The notes under the pieces: model-generated
Told to the model about the DNA's origin: nothing
The model's input: the letters and a program-made list of their open reading frames with translations, nothing else
Database searches by the model: none
Shown here: positions 10,110 to 19,468 of the stretch, in pieces
Layout: each line of letters starts with the position of its first letter
Numbering within the stretch: position 1 is the first letter of the stretch
Position numbers and translations under genes: made by a program
Assembly (NCBI GenBank): GCA_963754925.1
Contig: CAVWHX010000004.1
Coordinates: forward strand, 32,001-96,000
Direction: 5' to 3'
Source: an uncultured delta proteobacterium
GTDB lineage: Bacteria > Myxococcota > B64-G9
Length of the DNA stretch: 64,000 nt

Positions 10110-11024
10110 TCACTGCAGCGGAAAGCGCAGCGTAATGCCCAAGACATAGCCGAAATCTCTCGACGGTGAACCGCGATACCCGAGGTCTACGGTCACCACA
10201 CGAGAGACATACCCAATCCCGGCCCCCACAAGACTCGCATTGCCATAGGGGGAGGTTTGATCGTAGGAGTAGCCGCCCCTCAGTGCGAGTAGATCGAACA
10301 GCAGATATTCAAGGCCAACATTATACGAGTAGCCGACGTGGTGATGGGCACTGGGTTGGAGCGGGTCCGCGGGTTTTTGAAAGTTAATTAACCAATCGAA
10401 AGCCAGTTCGAGCGTTCTGAAGGGCGAGAACATGACTGCCGTACCCATGGAGATGGGGTGTTCGAGGTAGTCCGCGGTGTTGGTCAGGTTATAGCCAACG
10501 ACCCCCACCGAAAGGCCAATACTCGTGCGTACCAGCGCACCCAGACTAACGGTTACCGCGTTGAGGTTGTGTTTGTCGAACTCGTCGAAATCCAGATAGG
10601 TGGTGTCGAGCCCGATGAGCAATTTGTCTGAGATGGGAACGGCAAACGCGAGGTCAAAGCGGTTACCCGTTTTGTCGTCGCCGCGCTGAACGCGGGTGTA
10701 GGCGGTGCCGGTAGCAAAGTACTGCGAACTCGAATTATCGATTACCGAGGCTTGAATGACATGTTCGGTAGGCCCATTGGTCGCTCCGAACTTCGCCGAA
10801 GGCTGAGCGGGTGATCCAAACTTTGGGGTAATAAGGTACTCGGCCTCAATGCTGTACGCCTTGAATAAGGCCATGCCCGCCGGGTTCAGGAAGATCGCAT
10901 CGTTGCCCGTTACGACCGCCCGGTAGGCATTGCTCATGCCCAGCGGCCTGGTACCGATAAAGTCGTCGGCCTGGGCGCCGAGGGACACCAGGATCAACAC
11001 AACCGTGACGGTCGTTCGAATCAT
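10110..11024 (-). CDS. Outer-membrane beta-barrel protein (PorV/FadL-like N-terminus)
   Basis: Signal peptide, GxRxLGMxNA...AIFxNPAG motif, alternating beta-strands, terminal LRF. Confidence 0.65.
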   Translation of the reverse strand: MIRTTVTVVLILVSLGAQADDFIGTRPLGMSNAYRAVVTGNDAIFLNPAGMALFKAYSIEAEYLITPKFGSPAQPSAKFGATNGPTEHVIQASVIDNSSSQYFATGTAYTRVQRGDDKTGNRFDLAFAVPISDKLLIGLDTTYLDFDEFDKHNLNAVTVSLGALVRTSIGLSVGVVGYNLTNTADYLEHPISMGTAVMFSPFRTLELAFDWLINFQKPADPLQPSAHHHVGYSYNVGLEYLLFDLLALRGGYSYDQTSPYGNASLVGAGIGYVSRVVTVDLGYRGSPSRDFGYVLGITLRFPLQ

Positions 11025-11109
11025 GGCCCGACCTTAACAATCGCCGGGCATAGGTGTCAAGTTCGGTTACGTCTGGACAAGCCGAAGTCGCGGTCCTACA
11101 ATCAGCTCC

Positions 11110-12138
11110 ATGAACACACCTGCTCGGTTCCACGAGGCGCGCTACTACGAGAAGCTTGAACTCGACACGGTGCGTTGCCACCTCTGCCCGCACCGTTGTG
11201 TCATTCAAGTGGGCCGCCGCGGCATCTGCGAGGTGCGAGAAAATCAAGGGGGACGGCTCATCGCGCTGTCCTACGGCAGGGCGATCGCGGTCCATGACGA
11301 TCCCATCGAAAAGAAACCGCTGTTCCACGTGTTGCCCGGATCAACCTCTCTCAGCGTGGCAACCGTGGGCTGCAATTTGCGTTGTTCTCATTGTCAAAAC
11401 TACGAAATCAGCCAATACCCACATACCAACGACCGAATTCCGGGGGACCAGCTTTTGCCCGAGGAACTTGCCGATGCCGCCTGCAAACGCGGCGCGCAAA
11501 CCATTTCCTTTACCTACACCGAGCCGACTATCTTCATGGAATGGGCTCAAGATTGCGCAGCCGTTGCCCACGATCGCGGGGTGCGCAGCGTATTTGTCAC
11601 CAACGGGTATTCCGCTGCTCAGCCGATCCGCGACATCCAACCCAATCTTGCGGCGGCCAACGTCGATCTCAAAGGCTTTCGAGACGAGTTTTACCAACAC
11701 ACCTGCAAGGGACGATTGCAACCGGTCTTGGATACCATCAAACTCATGCGGGAACTCGGGATCTGGGTTGAAGTGACCACCCTTCTGATCCCAGGCCTCA
11801 ACGATGATCCAGCGGAACTCGCGCGGCTCGCCGCCTTTTTGGCCTCGGTCGATCCGTGCATGCCCTGGCACATAAGTCGTTTTCATCCCGACTTCCAAAT
11901 GCTCGACCGGCCGGTTACCCCGCAGGCCGCCATCGCCCGCGCGCGTGAGATCGGGTTACAGGCTGGGCTGCAGTTTATTTACGCCGGCAATCTCCCTGGC
12001 GATCCTGCAGAGAATACGTACTGCCCTGCGTGTCATGCGCTCCTCATCGAACGACATGGTTTTCAAGTGTTCCAGAACCTGCTTGACCGGGGACAGTGTC
12101 CCGCTTGTCGCCGCCCGATACCCGGTATTTGGACGTGA
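11110..12138 (+). CDS. amrS: AmmeMemoRadiSam-system radical SAM enzyme
   Basis: CHLCPHRC, DPIEKKPLFH, GCNLRCSHCQN, TYTEPT, C-terminal CPAC..CPAC. Confidence 0.9.
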   Translation: MNTPARFHEARYYEKLELDTVRCHLCPHRCVIQVGRRGICEVRENQGGRLIALSYGRAIAVHDDPIEKKPLFHVLPGSTSLSVATVGCNLRCSHCQNYEISQYPHTNDRIPGDQLLPEELADAACKRGAQTISFTYTEPTIFMEWAQDCAAVAHDRGVRSVFVTNGYSAAQPIRDIQPNLAAANVDLKGFRDEFYQHTCKGRLQPVLDTIKLMRELGIWVEVTTLLIPGLNDDPAELARLAAFLASVDPCMPWHISRFHPDFQMLDRPVTPQAAIARAREIGLQAGLQFIYAGNLPGDPAENTYCPACHALLIERHGFQVFQNLLDRGQCPACRRPIPGIWT

Positions 12139-12241
12139 GAACGGGTGGCATCGAGCAGGGGGCCCCCCGCCGGCTGTGCGGCTTGGCTGCGCGGAACGAA
12201 GTGAGCACCGCCGGGGGATGCAAGATGCCAGGACCCGTTCT
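12138..12241. repeat. Long imperfect intergenic hairpin between convergent amrS and rlmE
   Basis: AGAACGGGT...ACCCGTTCT outer arms, GGCATC/GATGCC and C-run/G-run inner pairing. Confidence 0.55.
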
Positions 12242-12256
12242 ATAGATTGCTTAAGA

Positions 12257-12850
12257 TCAGCTCAATCGGGGCCGGGCGATGAGATAAAGCTCACGCGAGC
12301 CTTTGCGGGTGGTATCGAGGCGAACTCGTCGGATTTCTCCAAAAGACGTTCGCAGCTCTGCCAGAAGCGGATTGAGATCCGGGCCTTCGAATACCTTGGC
12401 GACCAACGCGCCGCCGGGCCGCAACTGCGCGCGAGCCACATCCGCAGCCGCCCGCACCAACTCAATGCTACGAGCATGATCGGCAAACCCGACCCCTGAG
12501 GTATCCGGGGCCATATCGGAGAGAACGAGATCCGCCGGACCGCCTAACGCCTCGCGCAGGCTCGCGAGCGACTCCGGCGCCTGAATATCAGCTGTCAGCA
12601 CGAAAACGTTCGGTAAACCAAGAGACGGAAGCGCTAACCGATCGATCCCCACCACCCTCCCCTGCTCACCGACGGATTGCGCCGCCACCTGCAGCCAGCC
12701 GCCCGGAGCACAACCCAGATCGAGCACCCGCTGACCGCGCCGAAATAACCGAAATTGACGATCGAGTTCCTGAAGCTTATAGGCCGCCCGTGACCGATAG
12801 CCTTCGGCTTTGGCCTTGCGGTACCAGGTGTCTTTGCGTTGGTATACCAT
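12257..12850 (-). CDS. rlmE: 23S rRNA Um2552 methyltransferase
   Basis: GYRSRAAYKL, DLGCAPGGW, SDMAP, SRELY. Confidence 0.93.
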   Translation of the reverse strand: MVYQRKDTWYRKAKAEGYRSRAAYKLQELDRQFRLFRRGQRVLDLGCAPGGWLQVAAQSVGEQGRVVGIDRLALPSLGLPNVFVLTADIQAPESLASLREALGGPADLVLSDMAPDTSGVGFADHARSIELVRAAADVARAQLRPGGALVAKVFEGPDLNPLLAELRTSFGEIRRVRLDTTRKGSRELYLIARPRLS

Positions 12851-12902
12851 GGAAATTCTTCGGCATGCACAACTACGTTGCGCCGGAAACGCGTATGCTG
12901 CG

Positions 12903-13334
12903 CTAGGACAGTTCTTTCTTTTGATCGATTTGATATTCGTAGGAGGCTTGCCCTGAGTCTGACGGAAGGCTTGCGAGTCGCTTGGTGCTCAGTTTATCCT
13001 CGCTGTATATTTGACGCACGAAGAATTCAATCATCGGCAGCGAATCGCTCATGATCGACAAAAACTCGATGCCCATCCCGCGTTTATGGGGGTTCTCGTC
13101 GTTGTTGATGTGCGCCACTCGTCCGACGATATTCAACGGCTGGTTGCCCCATTCTTCGGGAAGCTTCACGGTAAGCCGAACCTCGGAGCCTACCGGCGGC
13201 GGTGCAAACGTTTTGATAAAAATCCCACGGGAAGAAATATTGGTGGATAAATCAACGTACTCTCGGCCCGCGATGCTATAGCGACAAACGAGAAACATGG
13301 GACGCCGTTCACTGCGACGCGTATTATCGGACAT
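12903..13334 (-). CDS. PilZ-domain protein (TIGR02266-like)
   Basis: RRSERR, NISSRGIFI, GMGIEF; probable ATG at 13334. Confidence 0.8.
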   Translation of the reverse strand: MSDNTRRSERRPMFLVCRYSIAGREYVDLSTNISSRGIFIKTFAPPPVGSEVRLTVKLPEEWGNQPLNIVGRVAHINNDENPHKRGMGIEFLSIMSDSLPMIEFFVRQIYSEDKLSTKRLASLPSDSGQASYEYQIDQKKELS

Positions 13335-13499
13335 GTGCCTCTCTCTTCCCACTTCGATAACCTAATGTATTTTAGCGCTTCCTTACCTCGGACGTCAACA
13401 ACAATGCAATCAATTCAATAGCATTGAGTTGTTGACCAATGCCCTGGAAGTGAGGTATTCGCCAAGAGGACAGAAATTTTATCCGTTGGAAGGAGCCCC

Positions 13500-14993
13500 A
13501 TGAAAAACCTCGTTGCAAATTACCTCAAGAGCCACGATGTCGAGAAAGTCGATATCGGGTTTATCGCCTATCTCGCAAATCTTTGTAAGGTCGCCGAAGT
13601 CGCTCCATCGGTGACTCAGTCGATCATCCAGGAGCTCGCCGATCAGAGAAGCAATCTGAAACTTATCGCTAGTGAAAACTACTCCTCGCTCGGGACCCAA
13701 CTTGCTATGGGAAACCTGCTAACCGATAAATATGCAGAAGGGTATCCCTTCCATCGGTTCTATGCCGGGTGCGATAACGTCGACGCAATCGAGAACTTTG
13801 CCTGCGAGCAAGCCCGCGCGATTTTCCACTGTGACCACGCGTACGTTCAGCCTCACAGCGGGGCTGACGCCAATCTCATCGCGTTCTGGGCGATTCTTCA
13901 CCAACGGGTAAAAATCCCTCTTCAAGAAGCGTTGGGAGAAGCCAATCCATCCAATCTCGACAGAAATCAGTGGCAGGAAATACGGCGCACCTTGGGAAAC
14001 CAACGCTTGTTGGGCATGGACTACTACTCGGGCGGCCACCTGACTCATGGCTATCGCCAGAATGTTTCGGCCCAGATGTTCGATGTCTACAGTTATGGGG
14101 TAAACAATGAGTCCGGCCTCATTGACTATGCTGAACTCGAAAAAATGGCGCTCAACATTAAGCCGCTGATTCTGTTGGCGGGCTATAGCGCCTACCCCAG
14201 AGCCATCAACTTTAGCCGCCTTCGAGAAATCGCCAATAAAGTAAACGCGGTTTTCATGGTCGATATGGCGCACTTTGCGGGATTGGTGGCTGGAAAGGTT
14301 TTTACCGGGGATTACAATCCGGTAGCATCCGCTCATGTCGTCACCACCACAACGCATAAGACTTTGCGAGGTCCCCGCGGCGGCATGGTCCTCTGCACCG
14401 CTGAATTCGCTGATGCCGTCGACAAAGGCTGCCCGCTGGTTATCGGAGGGCCGCTTCCCCACGTTCTTGCGGCAAAGGCGGTGTGTCTGGTCGAGGCCGG
14501 CAAGCCGGAGTTCGCGACGTATGCATCGAAAATCGTCGAAAACGCAAAGAGCTTCGCGGAATCTTGTAAGAAAGAAGGCATGACCCTCACCACGGGCGGC
14601 ACGGACAATCACCTCTTTCTTATTGATGTCAGGCCGTTTGGACTGACCGGGCGCCAAGCTGAAAGCGCCTTGCGCGATTGCAGAATTACCCTCAACAGGA
14701 ATTCTCTGCCGGACGACCCCAACGGCCCGTGGTACACGAGCGGGCTCAGACTAGGCACGCCGGCGGTTACCACCTTGGGCATGGGGCCACCTGAACTAAC
14801 CGAGATTGCAAAAATAATATCGATGGTTCTCAACAACACAGATGGCCAAAACAGCAAAGCTAAGTACACAACCGACGATACCGTAAAGCAAGAAGCCAGG
14901 GAACGGGTAACCTCGCTTCTGGCCCGGTTTCCGGTTTATCCGGAGCTTGATCTTGATTTCCTGCGAGAAGCTTTTGGGGTAAGCAGAGGCTAG
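13500..14993 (+). CDS. glyA: Serine hydroxymethyltransferase (long form)
   Basis: LIASENY, KYAEGYP, GGHLTHG, TTHKTLRGPRGG, SGLRLGTPA. Confidence 0.95.
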   Translation: MKNLVANYLKSHDVEKVDIGFIAYLANLCKVAEVAPSVTQSIIQELADQRSNLKLIASENYSSLGTQLAMGNLLTDKYAEGYPFHRFYAGCDNVDAIENFACEQARAIFHCDHAYVQPHSGADANLIAFWAILHQRVKIPLQEALGEANPSNLDRNQWQEIRRTLGNQRLLGMDYYSGGHLTHGYRQNVSAQMFDVYSYGVNNESGLIDYAELEKMALNIKPLILLAGYSAYPRAINFSRLREIANKVNAVFMVDMAHFAGLVAGKVFTGDYNPVASAHVVTTTTHKTLRGPRGGMVLCTAEFADAVDKGCPLVIGGPLPHVLAAKAVCLVEAGKPEFATYASKIVENAKSFAESCKKEGMTLTTGGTDNHLFLIDVRPFGLTGRQAESALRDCRITLNRNSLPDDPNGPWYTSGLRLGTPAVTTLGMGPPELTEIAKIISMVLNNTDGQNSKAKYTTDDTVKQEARERVTSLLARFPVYPELDLDFLREAFGVSRG

Positions 14994-15014
14994 GTCGGCC
15001 GTGTTGGGTGATCC

Positions 15015-16625
15015 ATGCTGACAGAACTTCAGGAATGGAACGACCTTGAAAAGCACTGCGCTCAGGTACAGGACCTGCATCTGCGCGAGCTGTTTCGCGA
15101 CGATCCGCACCGTGCCGAGCGCATGAGCCTCGAGGCGGCCCGTTGGCGTCTCGACTTTTCAAAAAATCGCGTCACACCCGAGACCATGCAAAAATTATAC
15201 GCTCTGGCCGAGGCTTGTAAGCTCAAGCAGACCATCGCGGACATGTTCTCGGGTAAACCAATCAACGAGACCGAACAGCGCCCCGTCCTCCATATCGCCC
15301 TTCGAAATCGCTCCAATACACCGATCCTCGTGGACGGCAAGGACGTCATGCTTGAAGTCAATGCCGTACTGACGCGCCTAGCGGCGTTTGCTCAGCACGT
15401 TCGGACAGGCGCGTGGAAGGGACATACGGGTAAGCGAATCCGGAATATAATTAATATTGGTATTGGCGGATCCGACCTCGGCCCCGCCATGGCCACCGAG
15501 GCGCTCCGGTATTATGCCCAGCGCGATCTGACCGTCCGCTTTGTCTCCAACGTAGATGCTACCCATTTTGTCGAACAGACTCGGGATTTCGACCCGGCCG
15601 AGACCCTTTTCATCATCGCCTCAAAGACCTTTACTACCCAGGAGACCATGACCAACGCCCAAAGTGCGCGCGAATGGTGCCTCGCGAGCCTCCGCAATCC
15701 GCAGGCCGTCGCCCGGCATTTTGTGGCGGTTTCAACCAACGCTTCTGAGGTCGCCCGTTTCGGGATTGACCCTCAGAATATGTTCGGCTTTTGGGATTGG
15801 GTCGGCGGCCGCTATTCGTTGTGTTCGGCAATCGGCCTGCCGCTCATGATCGCCATAGGTCCCGAGAACTTTCTCTCAATGCTGGATGGCTTCCATGCCA
15901 TGGATCGGCACTTCGCGTCAACCCCCTTCGAACGCAATCTTCCGGTGACCATGGCCCTGATCGGCATATGGTATAACAACTTTTTAGGCGCCCAAACTCA
16001 CGCCCTCCTTCCCTATGATCAGTACCTAGCGCGATTCCCAGCCTTCCTGCAACAAAGCGACATGGAAAGCAACGGCAAGGGCATCGACCGGCAGGGTCGT
16101 TCGGTTAGCTACCAAACCGGTCCTATCATTTGGGGCGAACCTGGCACCAATGGACAACATGCCTTTTACCAGCTCATCCATCAGGGAACCAAGCTCATTC
16201 CGGCCGACTTTATCGGCTTTCGTGAACCGCTCAATCCGCTTGGCGATCATCACCGCAAGCTTATGGCCAATCTTATTGCCCAAACCGAGGCATTGGCCTT
16301 TGGCAAGACCGCCCATGAGGTAGCAGCCGAGAAAACGCCGCCGGCGCTCATCCCACACAAAACCTTCCCCGGCAACCGCCCCAGCAACACCCTTCTCGCC
16401 GAACGCCTTACCCCCTTCGCGCTTGGGTCGCTCATCGCCCTGTACGAGCACAAGATCTTTACCCAAGGAGTTATCTGGAATGTAAATTCGTTTGACCAGT
16501 GGGGGGTTGAGCTCGGTAAGGTTCTGGCGAAAAAGATCCTTAATGAGTTACTCTCCGAAGAGAAACCCAGCCTCGCCCATGATAGCTCGACGAATGAATT
16601 GATCTCCCAGATTCGAAAAGATTAA
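15015..16625 (+). CDS. pgi: Glucose-6-phosphate isomerase
   Basis: [36 protein letters not shown]. Confidence 0.97.
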   Translation: MLTELQEWNDLEKHCAQVQDLHLRELFRDDPHRAERMSLEAARWRLDFSKNRVTPETMQKLYALAEACKLKQTIADMFSGKPINETEQRPVLHIALRNRSNTPILVDGKDVMLEVNAVLTRLAAFAQHVRTGAWKGHTGKRIRNIINIGIGGSDLGPAMATEALRYYAQRDLTVRFVSNVDATHFVEQTRDFDPAETLFIIASKTFTTQETMTNAQSAREWCLASLRNPQAVARHFVAVSTNASEVARFGIDPQNMFGFWDWVGGRYSLCSAIGLPLMIAIGPENFLSMLDGFHAMDRHFASTPFERNLPVTMALIGIWYNNFLGAQTHALLPYDQYLARFPAFLQQSDMESNGKGIDRQGRSVSYQTGPIIWGEPGTNGQHAFYQLIHQGTKLIPADFIGFREPLNPLGDHHRKLMANLIAQTEALAFGKTAHEVAAEKTPPALIPHKTFPGNRPSNTLLAERLTPFALGSLIALYEHKIFTQGVIWNVNSFDQWGVELGKVLAKKILNELLSEEKPSLAHDSSTNELISQIRKD

Positions 16626-16685
16626 CCGATTCAACCAGTTCTCATCGTTGCAGTATCAGCTATTCTCTGATATTTTGTTAACATT

Positions 16686-17924
16686 ATGGCTGAGACTTCA
16701 GAAACCAGTGACGACTCGCCTTCCTTATGGAACAGGAGTTTCGCTCTCCTTATATCCGGAACTCTTTTTCAAGGCCTAAGTTTTTACCTTCTTTTTCCTA
16801 TCCTTCCCCTGTACGTTAAGGGGCCTCTGCATTCCGGTGAAGATGTCGTCGGATTGGTCGTCGGCGTATTCTCCGTCACCGCTTTGATGGCCCGACCATG
16901 TGCTGGTTACTGGCTTGATCGTTTCGGGCGCCGGAGGGTGCTTATGTTCGCGGCCAGCTTTTTTTGTCTCTCCATGTTTTCGTTTTTGCTCGCGAGTAGT
17001 CTCTGGCTGCTGCTCGCGATCCGATTGATGCAGGGCATTGGTTGGGGATTGGCCGGCACCGCCTCGGCGACGGTGGCGATTGATCTGATTCCCCCCGACC
17101 GGCGCGGCGAGGGAATGGGTATGTACCTGCTATCCTTACCGCTAGCGCTCGCCGTAGGGCCCCTGATAGGATCCTGGGTGCTTGGCGGATCACATTTTCC
17201 CCGTTTGTTTGTTTGTGCGGGTGGATTGGCGATACTTGCGATGATATGCTTCACCTTGGTACCGATCCCGCTGATCCAAAATCCTGCGGCGCGGTTGACG
17301 CTCCAAAACATGGTCGAAAAAAGAGTGCTCAGGTTATCGAGCTTCATGTTGGTCATCTGTTTGGCGTATGGCGGACTGATGGCATTTGTTCCTTTATACG
17401 CGCTTCATCTTGGACTGCAAACCGCGGCGCCGGTGTTTTCGGCTTTCTCGATCGGCATCATTGCTACCCGACTTTTTGCCGGTCGTTGGTATGATCGCCG
17501 TGGTCCGCTCGAACCATGCATCACCGCCCTGGCGTTGCTATTAATTGGTTGGCTGGGCTTGGGATTTGCCGGAGGAAAAACTTCCCTCATGATTTCGGCG
17601 GCATCCATTGGACTGGGCTTTGGCATACTGATGCCCTCGGTTAATGCCATGCTTGCCGATATGATACCGTACGAACGCCGCGGCGCGGCCAATGCCACGT
17701 TTCTTTCATCCTGCGACGTCGGCATTGCCGTCGGGGCGATGGTTTTTGGTCTGCTGATAAAACGCTTCGAAGCATATTTCGATATGTCCATGATCTATAA
17801 GCTATCCGCGGTGTTGATAGCAGGAAGCGCGTTGCTCTTTTGGTTTGTGGTCTACCCTCACTACCAAGAAAATTGCCTCGAGCAATGCGAACGCGACGAA
17901 GGGCAAACGTTGCTGCCCGAGTAG
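16686..17924 (+). CDS. MFS transporter
   Basis: About 12 hydrophobic segments, GYWLDRFGRR motif A. Confidence 0.88.
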   Translation: MAETSETSDDSPSLWNRSFALLISGTLFQGLSFYLLFPILPLYVKGPLHSGEDVVGLVVGVFSVTALMARPCAGYWLDRFGRRRVLMFAASFFCLSMFSFLLASSLWLLLAIRLMQGIGWGLAGTASATVAIDLIPPDRRGEGMGMYLLSLPLALAVGPLIGSWVLGGSHFPRLFVCAGGLAILAMICFTLVPIPLIQNPAARLTLQNMVEKRVLRLSSFMLVICLAYGGLMAFVPLYALHLGLQTAAPVFSAFSIGIIATRLFAGRWYDRRGPLEPCITALALLLIGWLGLGFAGGKTSLMISAASIGLGFGILMPSVNAMLADMIPYERRGAANATFLSSCDVGIAVGAMVFGLLIKRFEAYFDMSMIYKLSAVLIAGSALLFWFVVYPHYQENCLEQCERDEGQTLLPE

Positions 17925-18139
17925 TATCAGGCAATCATTGTAGCAATCGTATTCCCTGATCAGCCGTGCGGCTTGGCGCGTTTTCCAACGTAAACCAATA
18001 GCTTACCCCGAAACTAAATGGCTACCTAAAAGAGGATTTTTTTTCTTGTCGTCTTATAATACGGTATGCTACATATCCGCCTTCAACTAGGGATATACAA
18101 GCTATACGGTACCGCCCCCGATGAAAGGAGATTTGATTC

Positions 18140-18553
18140 ATGGCTGCCTCGCGTAAAAACCTGATCAACGGGCTGACAGCCGCTCAAGCCAAGGAGCTCA
18201 AGAAGCTCCTCATTCTTAAGCGAGATGAGTTGCGGCATTCAATCTTGGCCCGCCGTGATCGCGACTCCACAGTCGATCCGAGCGAGATTATCGAGGAGCT
18301 CGAGCAGGCCTCGGCCGGTCAGGAGCAAGACGTCCAGCTCCGAATTCTCGATAAAGAGAGTAAACTCCTGCGCGAGGTCGAACGCGCGTTGAAGAAATTT
18401 GAAAAGAATGAATACGGACTCTGCGAAGGCACCATGGAGCCAATTGGTTACGCCCGACTCAAGGCACGTCCGTGGGCGCGTTACTCCGTTACCCACAAAG
18501 AAGAGCTCGAACGCATTCAGCGAGAGCAGTCCACCCTGCGTCCAGGCCGGTAA
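18140..18553 (+). CDS. dksA: DksA/TraR-family transcription factor, single-Cys (zinc-finger-less) type
   Basis: Coiled coil, ALKK...YGLCEGT.EPIG.ARL.ARPWARYS; GAAAGGAG RBS. Confidence 0.85.
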   Translation: MAASRKNLINGLTAAQAKELKKLLILKRDELRHSILARRDRDSTVDPSEIIEELEQASAGQEQDVQLRILDKESKLLREVERALKKFEKNEYGLCEGTMEPIGYARLKARPWARYSVTHKEELERIQREQSTLRPGR

Positions 18554-18612
18554 GCACCATTCGTCATACGATAGTAGCTGTTAGTCTCATGCCGCTACGG
18601 AGTTGTTGATTG

Positions 18613-19332
18613 CTACGTGGACCCCGCGTTCTTTCGTCTGACGTCTCTTTGTTTTGCTGCCTTCTTTACGTTGATCAACTGTGCTAGGCGCCGACCCAAA
18701 TGAACCAGGCGCCCATTAATGCGAACGGCGATCGGTCCATCGAATGGTCCGATGCTCTCTAGGGTGATTGACCCACCCGGACGCGCACCTTGGCTTTCGA
18801 GGTACTTGATTGCCTCTTCGTCCTCGCTGGTGACACGTGAGATTTGGCCCGATGACCCTGCGGGCAACTCGAGGAGCGGCGAGTCCGCCAAGCGCGGCCA
18901 GGTGACATTCTTGGCAGGGATGGGTTGGCCATGCGGATCGAACTTCGGCCGGTTGAGCATTACGTCGAGTTTCTCCTCGAACACCTCGTCGATGGTCGGC
19001 TGCATGAGCACGGCGCGTTGATGCGACTCGCGCAGATCAAAGCCCATCACCGTGTGAAGCCAGACCTCGAGCAAGCGGTGCCGCCGGACAACCCGCAGGG
19101 CATGGTGGAGCCCATCGGGAGTCAGCTCGGCTCCCCGGTATGGCTCAAGGCGCACGAGCTTCCGGACGGCCAGGTTTTTGAGCATGCGGCTCGCAGCCGC
19201 AGCGCTGACTCCGACACGCTTCGCGAGGTCGCCCGTGTCGGCCTGCTGGCCATGATTGGTGAGCAGGAGGAGCGCGTGCAGGTACGCATCCACCGCTCCC
19301 GATGACCGTTTCTGTCGCTGTTTTAGTGCCAT
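18613..19332 (-). CDS. DtxR/MntR-family regulator with FeoA-like C-terminal domain
   Basis: wHTH, PYRGAELT..G, RRHRLLE, P.FDPHGQPIP, PFDGPI. Confidence 0.88.
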   Translation of the reverse strand: MALKQRQKRSSGAVDAYLHALLLLTNHGQQADTGDLAKRVGVSAAAASRMLKNLAVRKLVRLEPYRGAELTPDGLHHALRVVRRHRLLEVWLHTVMGFDLRESHQRAVLMQPTIDEVFEEKLDVMLNRPKFDPHGQPIPAKNVTWPRLADSPLLELPAGSSGQISRVTSEDEEAIKYLESQGARPGGSITLESIGPFDGPIAVRINGRLVHLGRRLAQLINVKKAAKQRDVRRKNAGST

Positions 19333-19340
19333 GCAACTCA

Positions 19341-19374
19341 AAATTTAACGTAAGTTTAACAACTGATGTCAACC
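19341..19374 (-). promoter_or_regulatory. Promoter/operator-like site upstream of the DtxR-family gene
   Basis: Minus strand GGTTGACATCAGTTGTTAAACTTACGTTAAATTT; resembles the site upstream of the porin gene. Confidence 0.5.
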
Positions 19375-19468
19375 AGTACTAACGATTTTAGTACCTATTC
19401 GGCACGATAGATCAACGTGAAACAAATCATCGATCACTAACAATCATCGTTCGAAGAACCGAGCGTCC

